DNA of 64,000 bases from Dendrobates tinctorius (Eukaryota). The DNA lies in contig NW_027361821.1 of assembly GCF_039654945.1 (NCBI RefSeq), positions 9,610,001 through 9,674,000 of the forward strand. Reading direction: 5' to 3'. Shown piece by piece: positions 24,981-38,034 of this stretch. Each line of letters begins with the position of its first letter. Position 1 is the stretch's first letter. Under the pieces are notes generated by a model. It worked only from the letters and a program-made list of their open reading frames with translations, was not told the origin of the DNA and did no database searches. The translations under genes were made by a program, and so were the position numbers.

Positions 24981-26346
24981 TATGTAATAGCTTCTTCTAG
25001 TTTTGTTTTTATTTGTAGCACACACATCACATATTTTAATTTTGTTAGCCATTAAAAGGTATCATATCTACAAGATAATTTTGTTTCTCCCTCTGAGAGC
25101 AATCTTTTTCAACTAATACAGTACCAATTTTTTTTCTTTTAGCATATTTTCAGTAACACCAATACAATATTCAAAATAAAGAACTATGCTAATGTATATT
25201 TTTGTTACATTGTGTGAATATCTTGCAATATATCAATGTGTTAAATACTGCTTTTGCTAGAAGCTACACTATGAACAGAAAAGCTCAGAGTGGTCTTAGC
25301 GGCTCCACATCTGGCCTCGTGGGCTGCATAACCAAAGCTGTCTTTAATAGAACAAATGAAGCTAAACTTGTCCTTGCATTTTTAACTACCCTAAAAATGT
25401 TCCTTCACATTTGCAATACAGTGCAAGAAACGACCACAAGAAACAATCAGAAAGAAGAAAATTCAGCATTTTCTTTGTATTTATGACTCAAGATTATTTT
25501 GTTTACCTTTCACCTAGATTTACTATGTTCTAGTTTTTTTTTCTTTTACCAGGGTTTTTTAACTAATTTTCTCTGAGAATAACCACCTTCTTATGGGTCA
25601 TGTCTTCACTTTTCCTGATCAAGATTCATAGTTTCCTCTTTTGTTTTCTGTGTGCGTGATATTTCTGGTCAACACAGTAAAGAACCACAGTAAATTGCTG
25701 CACTGGCAGTGAGATTTCCTGTGCTCAGACAATTAACAGAAATAAACGCCTGCTTCTTGGAAAATAAGGTAAGACTGAAATTACAGTTGTGTTGCTAAAA
25801 ACTTAGGGAGATAACTCAATGCAAATATTATTTTTTCAGAGTAATGATATTGCATATATAGCACCTATATACTATGAAGCGCTGTACAGAAATGTTCATC
25901 ACTCACATCTCAGACACCTACACAAGGACAATTTTGGTGCAGTTGCATGAGTTCTCCTACAATATCATCAGGAACATTGGCTTTTTGGTAGATACGAGCC
26001 AGTCATAGGTTCATGCAGTCGTCCATGGATCTTGGTCCGATCTCAGATCGTAATGCATGGACTGGCCATGGGTCTCACAATCATAACATAACAGTCTCAT
26101 AGAAATGTATGAAACTGTCATACTCAGATCAGGAGAGCCACAGCCAGTCCGTACATTGCGGTCTAAGGTTGCACTGAAATCCACGGATATCTGCATCCGC
26201 CCTTAGAAGTATCATTGCATAAGAATTTGTAAAATTTCAACCACTTTTCAGATGAGGAGCAACTAGTCGTTCAATCCAATAAATTGGACGAAATTAAGTA
26301 ACATTAAAAATAACTTCTGACCATCTGGAAATCCAGTTGAGGCTAA

Positions 26347-26898
26347 GGCCTGTTTCACACTTCCGTTTTTGACCATCAGTCAAAATCCGCCGTTTTTGCA
26401 AAAAAACGGATCCGCTATTTTTTTTGGCGAATCCGTTTTTTCCCCATTGATTTGCATTACCGGCGGATCTTGACGGATAGCCATCCGTTGGATCCGTTTT
26501 TTAGCGGATCCGTCAATTTTTTTGTGTCTGCCAAGATGCCTGGACGGACCATGTAATGTTTTTTGTGCTGCAGGATCCGCACTTTTATAGTGCGCATGCC
26601 CGGAGGAATGAAGTCAGGCAGAAATTTAACCCTGAAATCATTTCTGGAGGACAGAAAAATCTCTCTTCTCTCTCCTTTCTCCTCTCTCCTCTCTTCTCTC
26701 CTCTCTCTCTCCTCTCTCTCTCTCATCTCTCTCTCTCTCCCCTTCCCGGGCAGCAGTTCTTTTAAAATTCTTCATTCGGCAGATCTGTCAATAAAACGGT
26801 CCGGTGCCATCCGTTCACTTCAGTTAGCAACGGATCCGCTTTCCGCCATTTTGGCGGATTTTAACTGACACAAAAAAAACTGATGTGTGAAACAGGCC
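26347..26898. mobile_element. PIF/Harbinger-like MITE with TAA TSD, inverted relative to 5476-5949
   Basis: TIR GGCCTGTTTCACAC ... GTGTGAAACAGGCC; TAA at 26344-26346 and 26899-26901; internal CT microsatellite. Confidence 0.88.
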
Positions 26899-27699
26899 TA
26901 ACAGTGTTTCCAAATAAAATGCATTTTTCAGAGCAATATTTTAAAATATTTATCATAAAATTTTACAAGATTTTATACCTTTCCAAAAGGGATTCTAGAC
27001 TATGCTAATGCAGATCCTGATTGTGTCAGTTCAGATATTAAAGGGTTTTGTCTTGCTTAATCAAACTCTTTTTATAAGGATGGAGGACACAATGCAAAAT
27101 TGTACCTGCTTTGGAGGTAGAAATGGCCCCCCTTACCTCTTGGGACCCTTTAACAGCACCTTTATATATGGAAGCTGCGCTTACATTAACTCTTTATGGA
27201 CACCATAACTTTTTTATTTTTCAGTCAGCACAGCAGTTTTTGCTGGGCAAGTTGTAGTTTTGAAGGTTTGAATAACTCCATTAACTTTTCCATTCAATAT
27301 ACAATACAACAGAAAAAAAATTCCAAATGGGATGAAATAGTGAAAAATGCTGTGGCTTATTGGTTTGTTTTTTTTACATTTTCCTCTGGCTTTTTTTATA
27401 TGGTAAAAATGACGCTGAATCATGATTCTCTAGGTCGGTAAGATTACGGCGATGCTAAACCTGCTTAGGTTCTTTTATGTAGAGTAATGTTTTGGTTTGT
27501 GTCGCAATTTTCTGAAATCCATAGCACTTTTTTTTTTCAATTAATTGAACTTTGTAACAGGTCTTTTTTGTATGGTGAGATGACAGTCCTATTGATATCC
27601 AGTTGAGTTGGATACCATAGTGTTGTAGTATATAATTAAAATTACGGTTTCTTATAAAGCTCTGATTGCAGCTAAGATTTATAGGAGCACAACATGGCA

Positions 27700-28406
27700 G
27701 CCGATGGATAGTACGGGTTGACACTGTTGTACCCTCGGACTGCAGGGCAGCTTGAACTTGTTTGGATGTTAGTCGAGGTTCTTTATCCAACATCCGCACA
27801 ATCTTGTGCTGAAATCTCTTGTCAATTTTTCGTTTCCGTCCACATCTAGGGAGGTTAGCCACAGTGCCATGGGCTTTAAACTTCTTGATGACACTGCGCA
27901 CGGTAGACACAGGAACATTCAGGTCTTTGGAGATGGACTTGTAGCCTTGAGATTGCTCATGCTTCCTCACAATTTGGTTTCTCAAGTCCTCAGACAGTTC
28001 TTTGGTCTTCTTTCTTTTCTCCATGCTCAATGTGGTACACACAAGGACACAGGACAGAGGTTGAGTCAACTTTAATCCATGTCAACTGGCTGCAAGTGTG
28101 ATTTAGTTATTGCCAACACCTGTTAGGTGCCACAGGTAAGTTACAGGTGCTGTTAATTACACAAATTAGAGAAGCATCACATGATTTTTCAAACAGTGCA
28201 AATACTTTTGTCCACCCTCTTTTTCATGTTTGGTGTGGAATTATATCCAATTTGGCTTTAGGACAATTCTTTTTGTGTTTTTTCATTTAAGACAAATTAA
28301 ATGAAGATAATAATTCCAAAGAATTTGTGTTTGCAATCATTTTCAGGAAGAAATTGAGTATTATCTGACAGAATTGAAGGGGTGTCAATACTTTTGGCCA
28401 CAACTG
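27700..28406 (-). mobile_element. Tc1-like transposon 5' half (TIR plus N-terminal DNA-binding domain)
   Basis: MEKRKKTKELSEDLRNQIVRKH...GRKRKI...TVSTRTI in ORF 27455-28069; terminus CAGTTGTGGCCAAAAGTATTG preceded by TA on the minus strand. Confidence 0.9.
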
Positions 28407-28613
28407 TAGTATCTGCAGTGTTTTTCCCCTATTCAAATGAATAGGACACAAAAATGCAAGTGAAAAGTCTGCAAAAAAGCAGAATATTTCCTGCCAACAC
28501 TGTAGATGAATCCACAGCAAAAATGGTGTGTGTGAACAGACACTACAGGGGTTTTCTGATAATTTAAAAATAATTAGCATGTCAAATATTAAATCCCCTG
28601 TGGCTCCAGCACC

Positions 28614-28815
28614 GATGCCTCGGGGGTCTCTGCCAGTCTCAGCACTGTACTGCAGTGGTCTTGTGGCTCCGGGGGTCTCTGCAAGTCTCCACACTGGGCT
28701 GCAGCCATTTTGTGGCTCTGGGGGTCTCTGCCAGTGTCCGCACTGGGCTGCAGTCATTTTGTGACTCCGGGGGTCTCTTCCAGTCTTAGCACTGGGCTGC
28801 AGTCATCTTGTGGCA
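28614..28815. repeat. 49-bp tandem repeat, about 4 copies
   Basis: GTGGCTCCGGGGGTCTCTGC... at 28663, 28712, 28761, 28810. Confidence 0.85.
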
Positions 28816-29744
28816 GCACCTTATATTATAGCTGCAAAGTGAATAATAACCATCAGGGACCCCGAACCATCGGCCACGGAGCCAGAGGGGATTTAGCAGA
28901 GTAGTTTGGGGTGACATGTAAGACTTTTTTTATCGCTTTTTATTCTGCTGTTTGTGAGGTAGGATGTAGATAGAGACAGCAATTCTGCTAATATTTTCTA
29001 TTATGTGACTGTACGGCCCCTTCACTCAACCGGGTATCATGTTTTTCACAGATGCCACGTGTCTCCTATTTAACCTATGGTGCTGCCCTCATGTCGTGTT
29101 TTCCCAGCAGCACAGATGACAAGGGCCAATTCAAGTCTATGGGTCCATGTAAACATGCCATCCGTGTGCCGTTCGTGTTTAGCATTGAAAGTATGTGAGA
29201 GGCTTTGTAATTTCATTTCCAGTATCCATACTGGATGGCACATGGACGGGACACTGATCAAAAACACTGGTGATACCGATATCTGAGTAACACGTACGTG
29301 TTTTATATGGACATGTGAAGGAAGCCTAACAGTGTTGTTGGTGGGGCAAGTTTGATGTGCTGCTTCATTGTTGGTGCTGGGTGATCCCAGCATATTCTCA
29401 ACATACTTTGAGCTAATTTTGTGTATTTGCATTACTGAGTAGATGCTAAGAATATGCTGACATAGCTTGTAGGCAAATTTGATTTCCAATTCTTAAAACT
29501 AGGAAAGGTGAAATTCCTATTTCTTTGGGAAGTATACATTTTGTTCAGTAAAGTTGGTTTTATATAATATTTATTTTTATCTAGTAAATAATTATTTTTT
29601 GTTATTGCACTTTAATGGGTATTCCCATATTTCCAGGATGTGCCACAATAGTAGATGTGGTTCTGACAAATGGATCAGGCATCTGTTTTGCTGTTAGTGG
29701 AGAGATGGTCAGAATTTTGTCTACCTCACCACTTACATCACTGC

Positions 29745-30262
29745 TTCCCAGTGAGCCCGGCTGCGGAGGGATTTGCGGCTTCCGCCAGGCCAAGCGACAC
29801 CTCTGCCCGCATCCCCAAGCCACCCAGCCCGGCGGCGCCACGTCCTGTGTCGCCGGTGCAGAACCCACCTGTGGCCGTCCCTGCCACATTCCACCTTGAG
29901 GCGGCGGCCTATCCACCGAAGCCTGCTGCCACTCCGGCCCCATCTGCGACTCCGGTTGTGGGGTGCCCCGCAGCCGTGTCTACTTCACTCCCGGAGTCGG
30001 CTGCGGCCTGCTTGTCAGGCTCTGCGGCCTACCCACCGGGACCCTTGACTGCTCCTGCCCGTCGCCCGGCCCTAGCGGCTGCTGGACCGCTGGAATCTGT
30101 GGCCGCCCCTGCCCCGCTCTCGACCCCATCCGCGTCCCGCCCACCGGACACCACGGCCTACACCGGACCCTCCGTATGGGTTGCGGAGGTCATAGAGAAG
30201 AAGAAGGCCCGAGAGCGGGAGATCTGGAGCCTGCTCCATGAAAAAGGAGAGGCTGGCATGGC
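29745..30262 (+). pseudogene. Pro/Ala-rich 5' part of a cold-shock-domain ORF in an LTR-associated element (continues at 36063)
   Basis: GC-rich open frame within ORF 29670-30284 ending VIEKKKAREREIWSLLHEKGEAGM, cut by Gypsy B at CATGGC. Confidence 0.6.
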
Positions 30263-33200
30263 TGTTATGATTGAGTCACCGTAGGAGGCAAAAACAGAAA
30301 TGCTAGCTAAGTCCAGAAAACCAGAGAGGTTGGCAGCTATCAGATTGCAGACCCCTGATCCTATCCACAACAACTAACAGTAGCCGTGGGGGGTTCCTAC
30401 GATGCCCTAGACCCCTCGATCACAGCCGGAGAATTAAATAGGCCTAAAGAAAGAAAGGGGAAATCTAAACTGCCCCAGAGCAGACCCCAAAGCAATAGGC
30501 AGCCCCCAACATATAATGACGGTGAAGCAAGATGAAAACACTAACACAGACAGAAAGAAAGACTGAGCAAAGACGGGGCCCAAGCTAACTAGATAGGAAA
30601 GGACAGGAAGGCTGCTGTCTGCAATCCGTGAAAAACCCTATGAAAATAAGTGCCAACAGACTGACAGTGAAAAAGGCCCTGAAGACGCTAGGCTTCAAAA
30701 AAGCTATGTCAGTACTCAGGAATATTCTGAAGACAGAGCAACAGGCAAAAGGAGATTCAGCTCACCCCAGCAGGGAATGGCAGAATCCAGAAAAGCAAGG
30801 AAAACAAAACACAAATGCTAACAGGCAAAGCAGAAAACTTAGCTTTAGAGGAGCAGGAATCAGACTGGTGTCCTAGAAGTCCACAGAGAAATCACCCGCA
30901 GGGCAGAAGGGCGTCGGCAGCCTTATATCCAGTCCGTGACTCCACTCAGCCAGTCATCCTCATTAGGCTCAGGTGCCTGATAATCAGGCTCACTACCTTC
31001 CTTTACCAGAATAGGGAGTTCACCAGACCTCAGTGACGAAGGGGAAAATGAACTCACAACAGTACCTACCCCTTGAGGAGGGGTCACCGAACCCTTAACC
31101 ACGCCACCAGGGCGATCAGGGTGAGCCCGATGAAAGGCACGCACCAATCTTTTGGCATGAATATCACAGGCAGAGACCCAGGAATTATCCTCCTGACCAT
31201 AACCCTTCCACTTAACCAAATACTGGAGTCTCCGTCTAGCCAAATGGGAATCCAGTATTTTCTCTACCTCATATTCCATGTTACCTTCAACCAATACAGG
31301 GTCTGGAGGTGCCACCCCAGGAACAACTGGTTCAACAAACCTCTTCAACAAGGACTTATGGAACACATTATGGATTTTAAATGTGACAGGAAGAGCCAAA
31401 CGAAAAGAGACCGGATTAATAATCTCCAAAATCTTGTAAGGTCCAATAAATCTAGGCTTAAACTTAGGATAAGCCACCTTCATAGCAATATTTTTTGAAG
31501 ATAACCACACCATATCACCAATCTTAAACTGGGGACCAATGGTCCTATGTCGATTGGAAAACCGCTGGGCCTTTTCCTGGGAGAGAGATAACTTATCCAC
31601 CACTTGGTCCCAGATCTGGTTCATTCTCTCCACCACAGTGTCAACACCTGGGCAGGCAGAAGGCTCCATCTGCCCTGAAAAAAATCGAGGATGAAACCCA
31701 AAGTTACAAAAAAAAGGTGACATCAAAGTGGCAGAACTAGCTCTATTATTTAAAGCAAATTCGGCCAAGGGCAAAAATGAAACCCAATCATCCTGATCAG
31801 CGGAAATAAAACATCTCAAATACGACTCCAAGGTCTGGTTTGTTCTCCCTGTCTGCCCATTGGTCTGAGGGTGAAAAGCAGAGGAGAAGGACAACTGAAT
31901 TCCCAGCTTGGAACAGAAAGTCCTCCAAAATCTAGACACAAACTGAACTCCTCTGTCAGATACAATGCTCTCAGGAATCCCGTGTAAGCGAACCACCTGT
32001 TGCAAAAACAGGGGCACCAACTCAGAGGAAGATGGCAACTTAGGGAGTGGTACAAGATGAACCATCTTAGAGAACCTATCACAAATCACCCAAATAACAG
32101 TCATTCTTTGAGAGACCGGCATATCAGAGATGAAATCCATTGAAATATGGGTCCATGGCCTCCTGGGGACCGGCAAAGGCATCAACAACCCACTAGAGCG
32201 AGAACAAGATTTAGACCGGGAGCAAGTCCCACAGGACTACACAAAATTCCTGACATCATGAGACAAGGTGGGCCACCAAAAAGAGCGACTCACCAGATCT
32301 CTAGTACCAAAAATACCTGGATGACCAGCCAATGCAGAGCAATGAACTTCAGACATCACTCTCTTCTTCCACTGGTCAGGAACATACAACTTTCCACTGG
32401 GACAACGCTCAGGTTTGTCCTCCTGGAACTCTTGCAGAGCAAGTCTCAAATCGGGTGAGATGGCAGAAAGAACTACCCCTTCGCCTAAGATGGTAGCAGG
32501 CTTGGTCACCACAGGAGAATCAGCAAAGAAACTCCTAGAGAGGGCATCTGCCTTGACATTCTTAGTTCCAGGAAGAAAAGAGACCACAAAATCAAAACGT
32601 GTAAAAAACAAGGCCCACCTAGCCTGTCTAGGGTTCAAGCGTTTAGCCGACTCTAGGTAAATCAAATTCTTGTGGTCAGTGAGGACCACAACTTGATGTT
32701 TAGCTCCCTCCAACCAATGTCTCCACTCCTCAAATGCCCATTTCATGGCCAACAGTTCCCGACTCCCCACATCATAGTTACGTTCAGATGGAGAGAACTT
32801 TCGGGAAAAGAAAGCACAGGGATTCATTTTAGATGTTACAGGATCCCTTTGGGACAAAACAGCTCCTGCACCAATCTCTGAAGCATCCACCTCTACCTGG
32901 AACGGGAGTGAGACATCAGGTTGCTGCAAAACTGGGGCGGAGGTAAATCTTCGCTTCAGCTCCTGAAAGGAAGCAACAGCCTCCGGAGACCAATTCAACA
33001 CATCAGCACCCTTCTTAGTCAGATCAGTCAATGGCTTGGCAATACTAGAAAATTTTGCTATAAATTTCCGATAAAAATTAGCAAAACCCAAAAACTTCTG
33101 GAGGGCCTTCAAAGAAGTGGTCTGAACCCAATCATAAATGGCCTGTACCTTGGCCGGGTCCATTTCAATAGTTGACGGAGGCAAAATAAATGCCAAAAAT

Positions 33201-36056
33201 GAAATCCTCTGTACTCCAAAAAGGCATTTCGATCCTTTGACATACAGGGAATTCTCCCTCAAGATCCGGAACACAGTCCGAATATGTTCCACATGAGAAT
33301 CCCAATCCTTGGAGAAGATCAAAATATCATCCAGATAGATAATCAAAAATTTATCGACAAAGTCTCGGAAAATATCGTTCATGAAGCACTGGAAGACAGA
33401 AGGGGCATTAGTGAGCCCAAAAGGCATCACCAGGTACTCAAAATGTCCCTCCGGAGTATTAAACGCCGTCTTCAATTCATCCCCCTGCTTAATGCGGATA
33501 AGATTATACGCCCCCCTGAGGTCAAGCTTGGTAAACCAGCAAGCACCTCTAACTCTAGAGAATAGATCCGAAATCAGGGGTAACGGATACTGATATTTAA
33601 TAGTAATTTTATTGAGGGCACGATAATCAATACAAGGCCTTAAAGAACCATCCTTTTTGGCCACAAAAAAAAACCCGGCACCTAAGCGTGAAGAGGATGG
33701 TCTAATATGACCCTTCTCCAACACCTCCTTAATATAGGACCGCATAGCCTCATGCTCGGGTACAGATAAATTGAAGAGCCGACCCTTGGAAAATTTACAC
33801 CCCGGGCTTAGTTCGATTGCACAGTCATAACTCCTATGAGGAGGCAAGGACGCAGACTCATTCTCACTAAATACATCATAAAAGTCCGCCAAATAGTCAG
33901 GAACATCATGCGACTGAGGAGAGGTGGAAAAAACCGGAGCCTCACTAAAGGCACACCGACAACCCCAACTCACCACAGACACAGATTTCCAATTTCCAAT
34001 CCAAAACTGGATTATGAATTTGCAACCAGGGAAACCCCAGAACAACGGCATCATGCAGACCATGCAACACCAAAAATCTGCAATTTTCTTGATGGTCTGG
34101 GGCGACCCGCATTACCACCTGGGTGCAAAACTGAGGTTTATTTTTCGCCAAAGGAGTAGCATCAATCCCCCTCAAAGGGATAGGCGTCTGCAGAGGTGTC
34201 ATCGGAAATCCACAACGTTTAGCAAAATCCAAGTCCATTAGGTTTAGCGCTGCTCCCGAATCCACAAAGGCCTTGGCGGAAAATATGGACAGGGAGCAGA
34301 TCAGAGTAATTGCCAGAAGAAACTTAGGTTGAACACCACCAACAGAAAACGTGTGTGCAAAGCGTTTCTCTCGTTTAGGACAAACAGAAATAATATGCGA
34401 GGCATCTCCACAGAAAAAACACAGCTTATTACGCCTTCTGAACTCCTGACGTTGCGCCTTAGACAAAACTCTATCACATTGCATAGGTTCAGACGTCTGT
34501 TCAACCGGTGGCAACACCTCTCGTGCAATCCTGCGTTCACGTAAACGCCGATCAACCTGAATGGCTAATGACATAGAATCGTCCAGACCAGAGGGAACAG
34601 GAAATCCCACCATAGTATCTTTTACGGCTTCTGACAAACCCTTCCGAAAGAGAGCAGCCAAGGCATTATCATTCCAGGTAGTAAGGACCGCCCACTTTCG
34701 GAACTTTTGACAGTACAACTCTGCAGAATCTCGACCCTGGTTCAATGCCAACAGGGTCTTTTCAGCCTGATCAATAGCATTAGGTTCGTCATACAACAAC
34801 CCCAAAGCTTGAAAGAATGCGTTCACATTAGTCAGAATAGGATCATCTGGTTTCAAAGAAAACGCCTAATCCTGGGGATCGCCACGCAGCAAAGAGATGA
34901 CAATTTTAACCTGCTGCGTGGAGCTCCCTGACGAGTTAGGCTTCAAGGCAAAAAATAATTTACAATTATTTTTGAAACTCAAAAATTTAGATCGATCCCC
35001 AAAAAATACATCAGGTGTAGTGATCTTTGGTTCAACAGCATGCGAACGAGCAAGGTAGGCGGAAATTCCCCTCACTTCCGCAGCGAGCTGCTCCACACGA
35101 TCAGACAATTGCTTTATCTCCATTGAGAGAAAAAAAAATTCCCCCTACGGCCTCAGAGATATAGAGGAAAGAATATACACACACTTTTTTTTTTTTTTTA
35201 AACACAATTCTTTCCTGCTATTGAGTACCCTAGGATCTGCGGTATGGCGGGTGATTCTGTTATGATTGAGTCACCGTAGGAGGCAAAAACAGAAATGCTA
35301 GCTAAGTCCAGAAAACCAGAGAGGTTGGCAGCTCTCGGATTGCAGACCCCTGATCCTATCCACAACAACTAACAGTAGCCGTGGGGGGTTCCTACGATGC
35401 CCTAGACCCCTCGATCACAGCCAGAGAATTAAATAGGCCTAAAGAAAGAAAGGGGAAATCTAAACTGCCCCAGAGCAGACCCCAAAGCAATAGGCAGCCC
35501 CCAACATATAATGACGGTGAAGCAAGATGAAAACACTAACACAGACAGAAAGAAAGACTGAGCAAAGACGGGGCCCAAGCTAACTAGATAGGAAAGGACA
35601 GGAAGGCTGCTGTCTGCAATCCGTGAAAAACCCTATGAAAATAAGTGCCAACAGACTGACAGTGAAAAGGGCCCTGAAGACGCTAGGCTTCAAAAAAGCT
35701 ATGTCAGTACTCAGGAATATTCTGAAGACAGAGCAACAGGCAAAAGGAGATTCAGCTCACCCCAGCAGGGAATGGCAGAATCCAGAAAAGCAAGGAAAAC
35801 AAAACACAAATGCTAACAGGCAAAGCAGAAAACTTAGCTTTAGAGGAGCAGGAATCAGACTGGTGTCCTAGAAGTCCACAGAGAAATCACCCGCAGGGCA
35901 GAAGGGCGTCGGCAGCCTTATATCCAGTCCGTGACTCCACTCAGCCAGTCATCCTCAATAGGCTCAGGTGCCTGATAATCAGGCTCACTACCTTCCTTTA
36001 CCAGAATAGGGAGTTCACCAGACCTCAGTGACGAAGGGGAAAATGAACTCACAACA
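30263..36056 (-). mobile_element. Full-length young Gypsy chromovirus (Tf1/sushi-type) element B; 799-bp LTRs 30263-31061 and 35258-36056
   Basis: TG...CA LTRs differing by about 5 substitutions by eye; CATGGC on both flanks; gag CCHC, FVDSGA protease, RT YLDD, RNase H, integrase, chromodomain. Confidence 0.98.
30923..35123 (-). pseudogene. Single-frame gag-pol of element B with few lesions
   Basis: ORFs 34866-35123, 33945-34856, 32237-34063, 30923-32188; two in-frame TAG stops and a 7-bp duplication ATTTCCA at 33985-33998. Confidence 0.93.
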
Positions 36057-36062
36057 CATGGC

Positions 36063-36265
36063 GGCTCGTGTATACCAACCTGGAGAAGGGATATGGGTTC
36101 ATTCGAGACCTCGAAACCGGCCAAAAGGTATATCTTAACGTGACTTCCATCCGTCACGGCCGGGCTTTGCGGGAGGGGGACTTGGTGTCATACTATAGAG
36201 TACTGTCTCTGCGGCTATTATGCGGTAGCCGTGATCGTCGAACCCGAAGGCCACGTGCCACCGTA
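36063..36265 (+). pseudogene. Cold-shock (OB-fold) domain-like coding segment
   Basis: LVYTNLEKGYGFIRDLETGQKVYLNVTSIRHGRALREGDLVSYYRVLSL then, after a frameshift near 36212, GYYAVAVIV; KGYGFI equals the RNP-1 motif. Confidence 0.7.
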
Positions 36266-36519
36266 AAAAAGGGACCCCCAAAGACACTCCCAGCATCCCG
36301 GGAGCTCCACGGATGTGGAGTCCCCTACTATTGGCATAACACCGGCTATCAGGAGATGGCCCGGACTACCGGGATTTCGTTGCACCGTTGTGCAGGCCTA
36401 GAGGACAGTTTCGTGTACAGTGAAGGAAAATGTTTTTATGTTTTTTGTTGTTTATTGTTTTCTCCCGACCTAGCGGGGATGTGGGGGAGAAAGTGCTAAT
36501 GTTAAAGGAAGGGGGAGTA

Positions 36520-37850
36520 TTCCTGTCCCGTTTTAAAATGTTGTGTTGAAAGGAAAAAAAAACACAAAAAAACGAAAAAGACAAGAAAAAGGGGTTACTC
36601 CTGTATGCTAACAAGTTGATTTAATGTGTAGTATGTATAAAAATGTGTAACGGGTCCCGGGTACAGGGTATGATAAAACGCTGACCATGACTTTCTTATT
36701 AGGTGGACAAAGAGACGGAAGATATTGAGCCAGACCGTGGTCCGTCAGTCTGGTCCCCGACACCACGGATACCCCAAAAGGATGGGTGGGCGCTAGCGAT
36801 GACCTGGTAGGTGAAAGGCCTCGGTCATGGCGTTCCGGACAGTAGAGGGTGACAGAAGGGGAGAGCAGTGGGAGGTTCACACCGTAGAGTAGTCCGGGTG
36901 GACCTCACCAACCTGAAAGAAGTTGTCACGTGGTGTGCGCGCCGGCGAGTAGCAGTAGGCTGCTCGGAGCATGGTGCTCCCGGTTTGGTTCGGCCCCCTG
37001 CATGTGGCGGGTTTGGCCCAACAACCGGTCCAACAACAGACGGAGGACAAGCTTCAGGACGACGTAGGTAGGGAGTACGATTGTCAGGGACGACAATAGA
37101 CAAAGGAAGGAAGAGTGTGGGGAAGGTGACTTGACGGACAGACTTGACTGAAGGGAGAAGGGACAGTTTGTACACTATAGACGGATATTGGCAATGACAG
37201 AAGGGAAACAGCTGGAGAAGGTGGAAAAGGAGTGCAGTACCTAGATTTGACCACAAGATGGCAGGAGGGAGCATGAGAACAGGACTTGTCAGCACTTAGG
37301 ACTACGAAACCGCTTAGTCATGGGGTGCAGGGAGACAGCAACCCAGGAGGGAAATTCTCGAGGAAGGGGATAAATAGGACAGGGTTCCAGGCTAGGACTA
37401 GTCCCGGGAAGAGCTCAGGAGGAGAAGACTCAGTACGAAGGACTGACAACGGTGGAGAGCTCGACCAGGGGACTGACAGGAAGAGACAGTCAGGGGGGTG
37501 GCCCCTGACACAAAGAACTGCAGGACAGATGAGGCCCTGGGGGTACCGATTGGATGACGACCTCGGACAGGTGAAGCGCTGGCGGTAGATAGGTCTAGGA
37601 CAGCCCCAGCGAAAGATCCGCGAGGAACGTCACTATGACTGAAGGAAGGTGAAGGTACCCGGACCTGAATACGGAGAGCTGTAAAGGAGCTGCGGTGTAT
37701 GGCTACGGTCGTCAGGAGGATGGCCAATAAACTCGGACCTGTTGCAACTAAAATCTGCGTCCGTCTCGTGTCTGTGTCGTCTGATCGCGGTAAGCAGTGG
37801 ACCACCCCCAATCCGGGCTATTACTACAGTGTGACGGGACCCCGTGCTCA
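36520..37850 (+). mobile_element. LTR-like sequence downstream of the cold-shock ORF (start 36520 or 36645)
   Basis: 14-nt polypurine tract AAAGGAAGGGGGAG 36504-36517; TATA-like GATAAATAG about 37370; AATAAA 37726-37731; homologous to 18405-19140. Confidence 0.6.
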
Positions 37851-38034
37851 AAATACATGCAAGTTCCATTTGTGAGACTTATACTTTAAGGAAATGTACC
37901 TTGAAAGTACTTATTGTTGTGTTATGCAACTTTCCAACAGGCCCTGAATGAGACACAAGTGTTTCTTTTTTGCCTGGAGTGTTTCTTTAGTTTGTTATTT
38001 ATAAATTAAATTAAATTGGTTATTTATTGGCTAA

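Noticed and set aside
29670-30284. 204-aa ORF as a stand-alone host gene
   Set aside because: Its ATG lies in unrelated AT-rich flank and its stop lies inside the Gypsy B LTR; it is a fragment of the split cold-shock ORF.
30628-35871. Duplicated 82-aa ORFs (30628-30876, 35623-35871)
   Set aside because: Duplication is explained by the two LTRs; antisense, GTG start, no recognisable domain.
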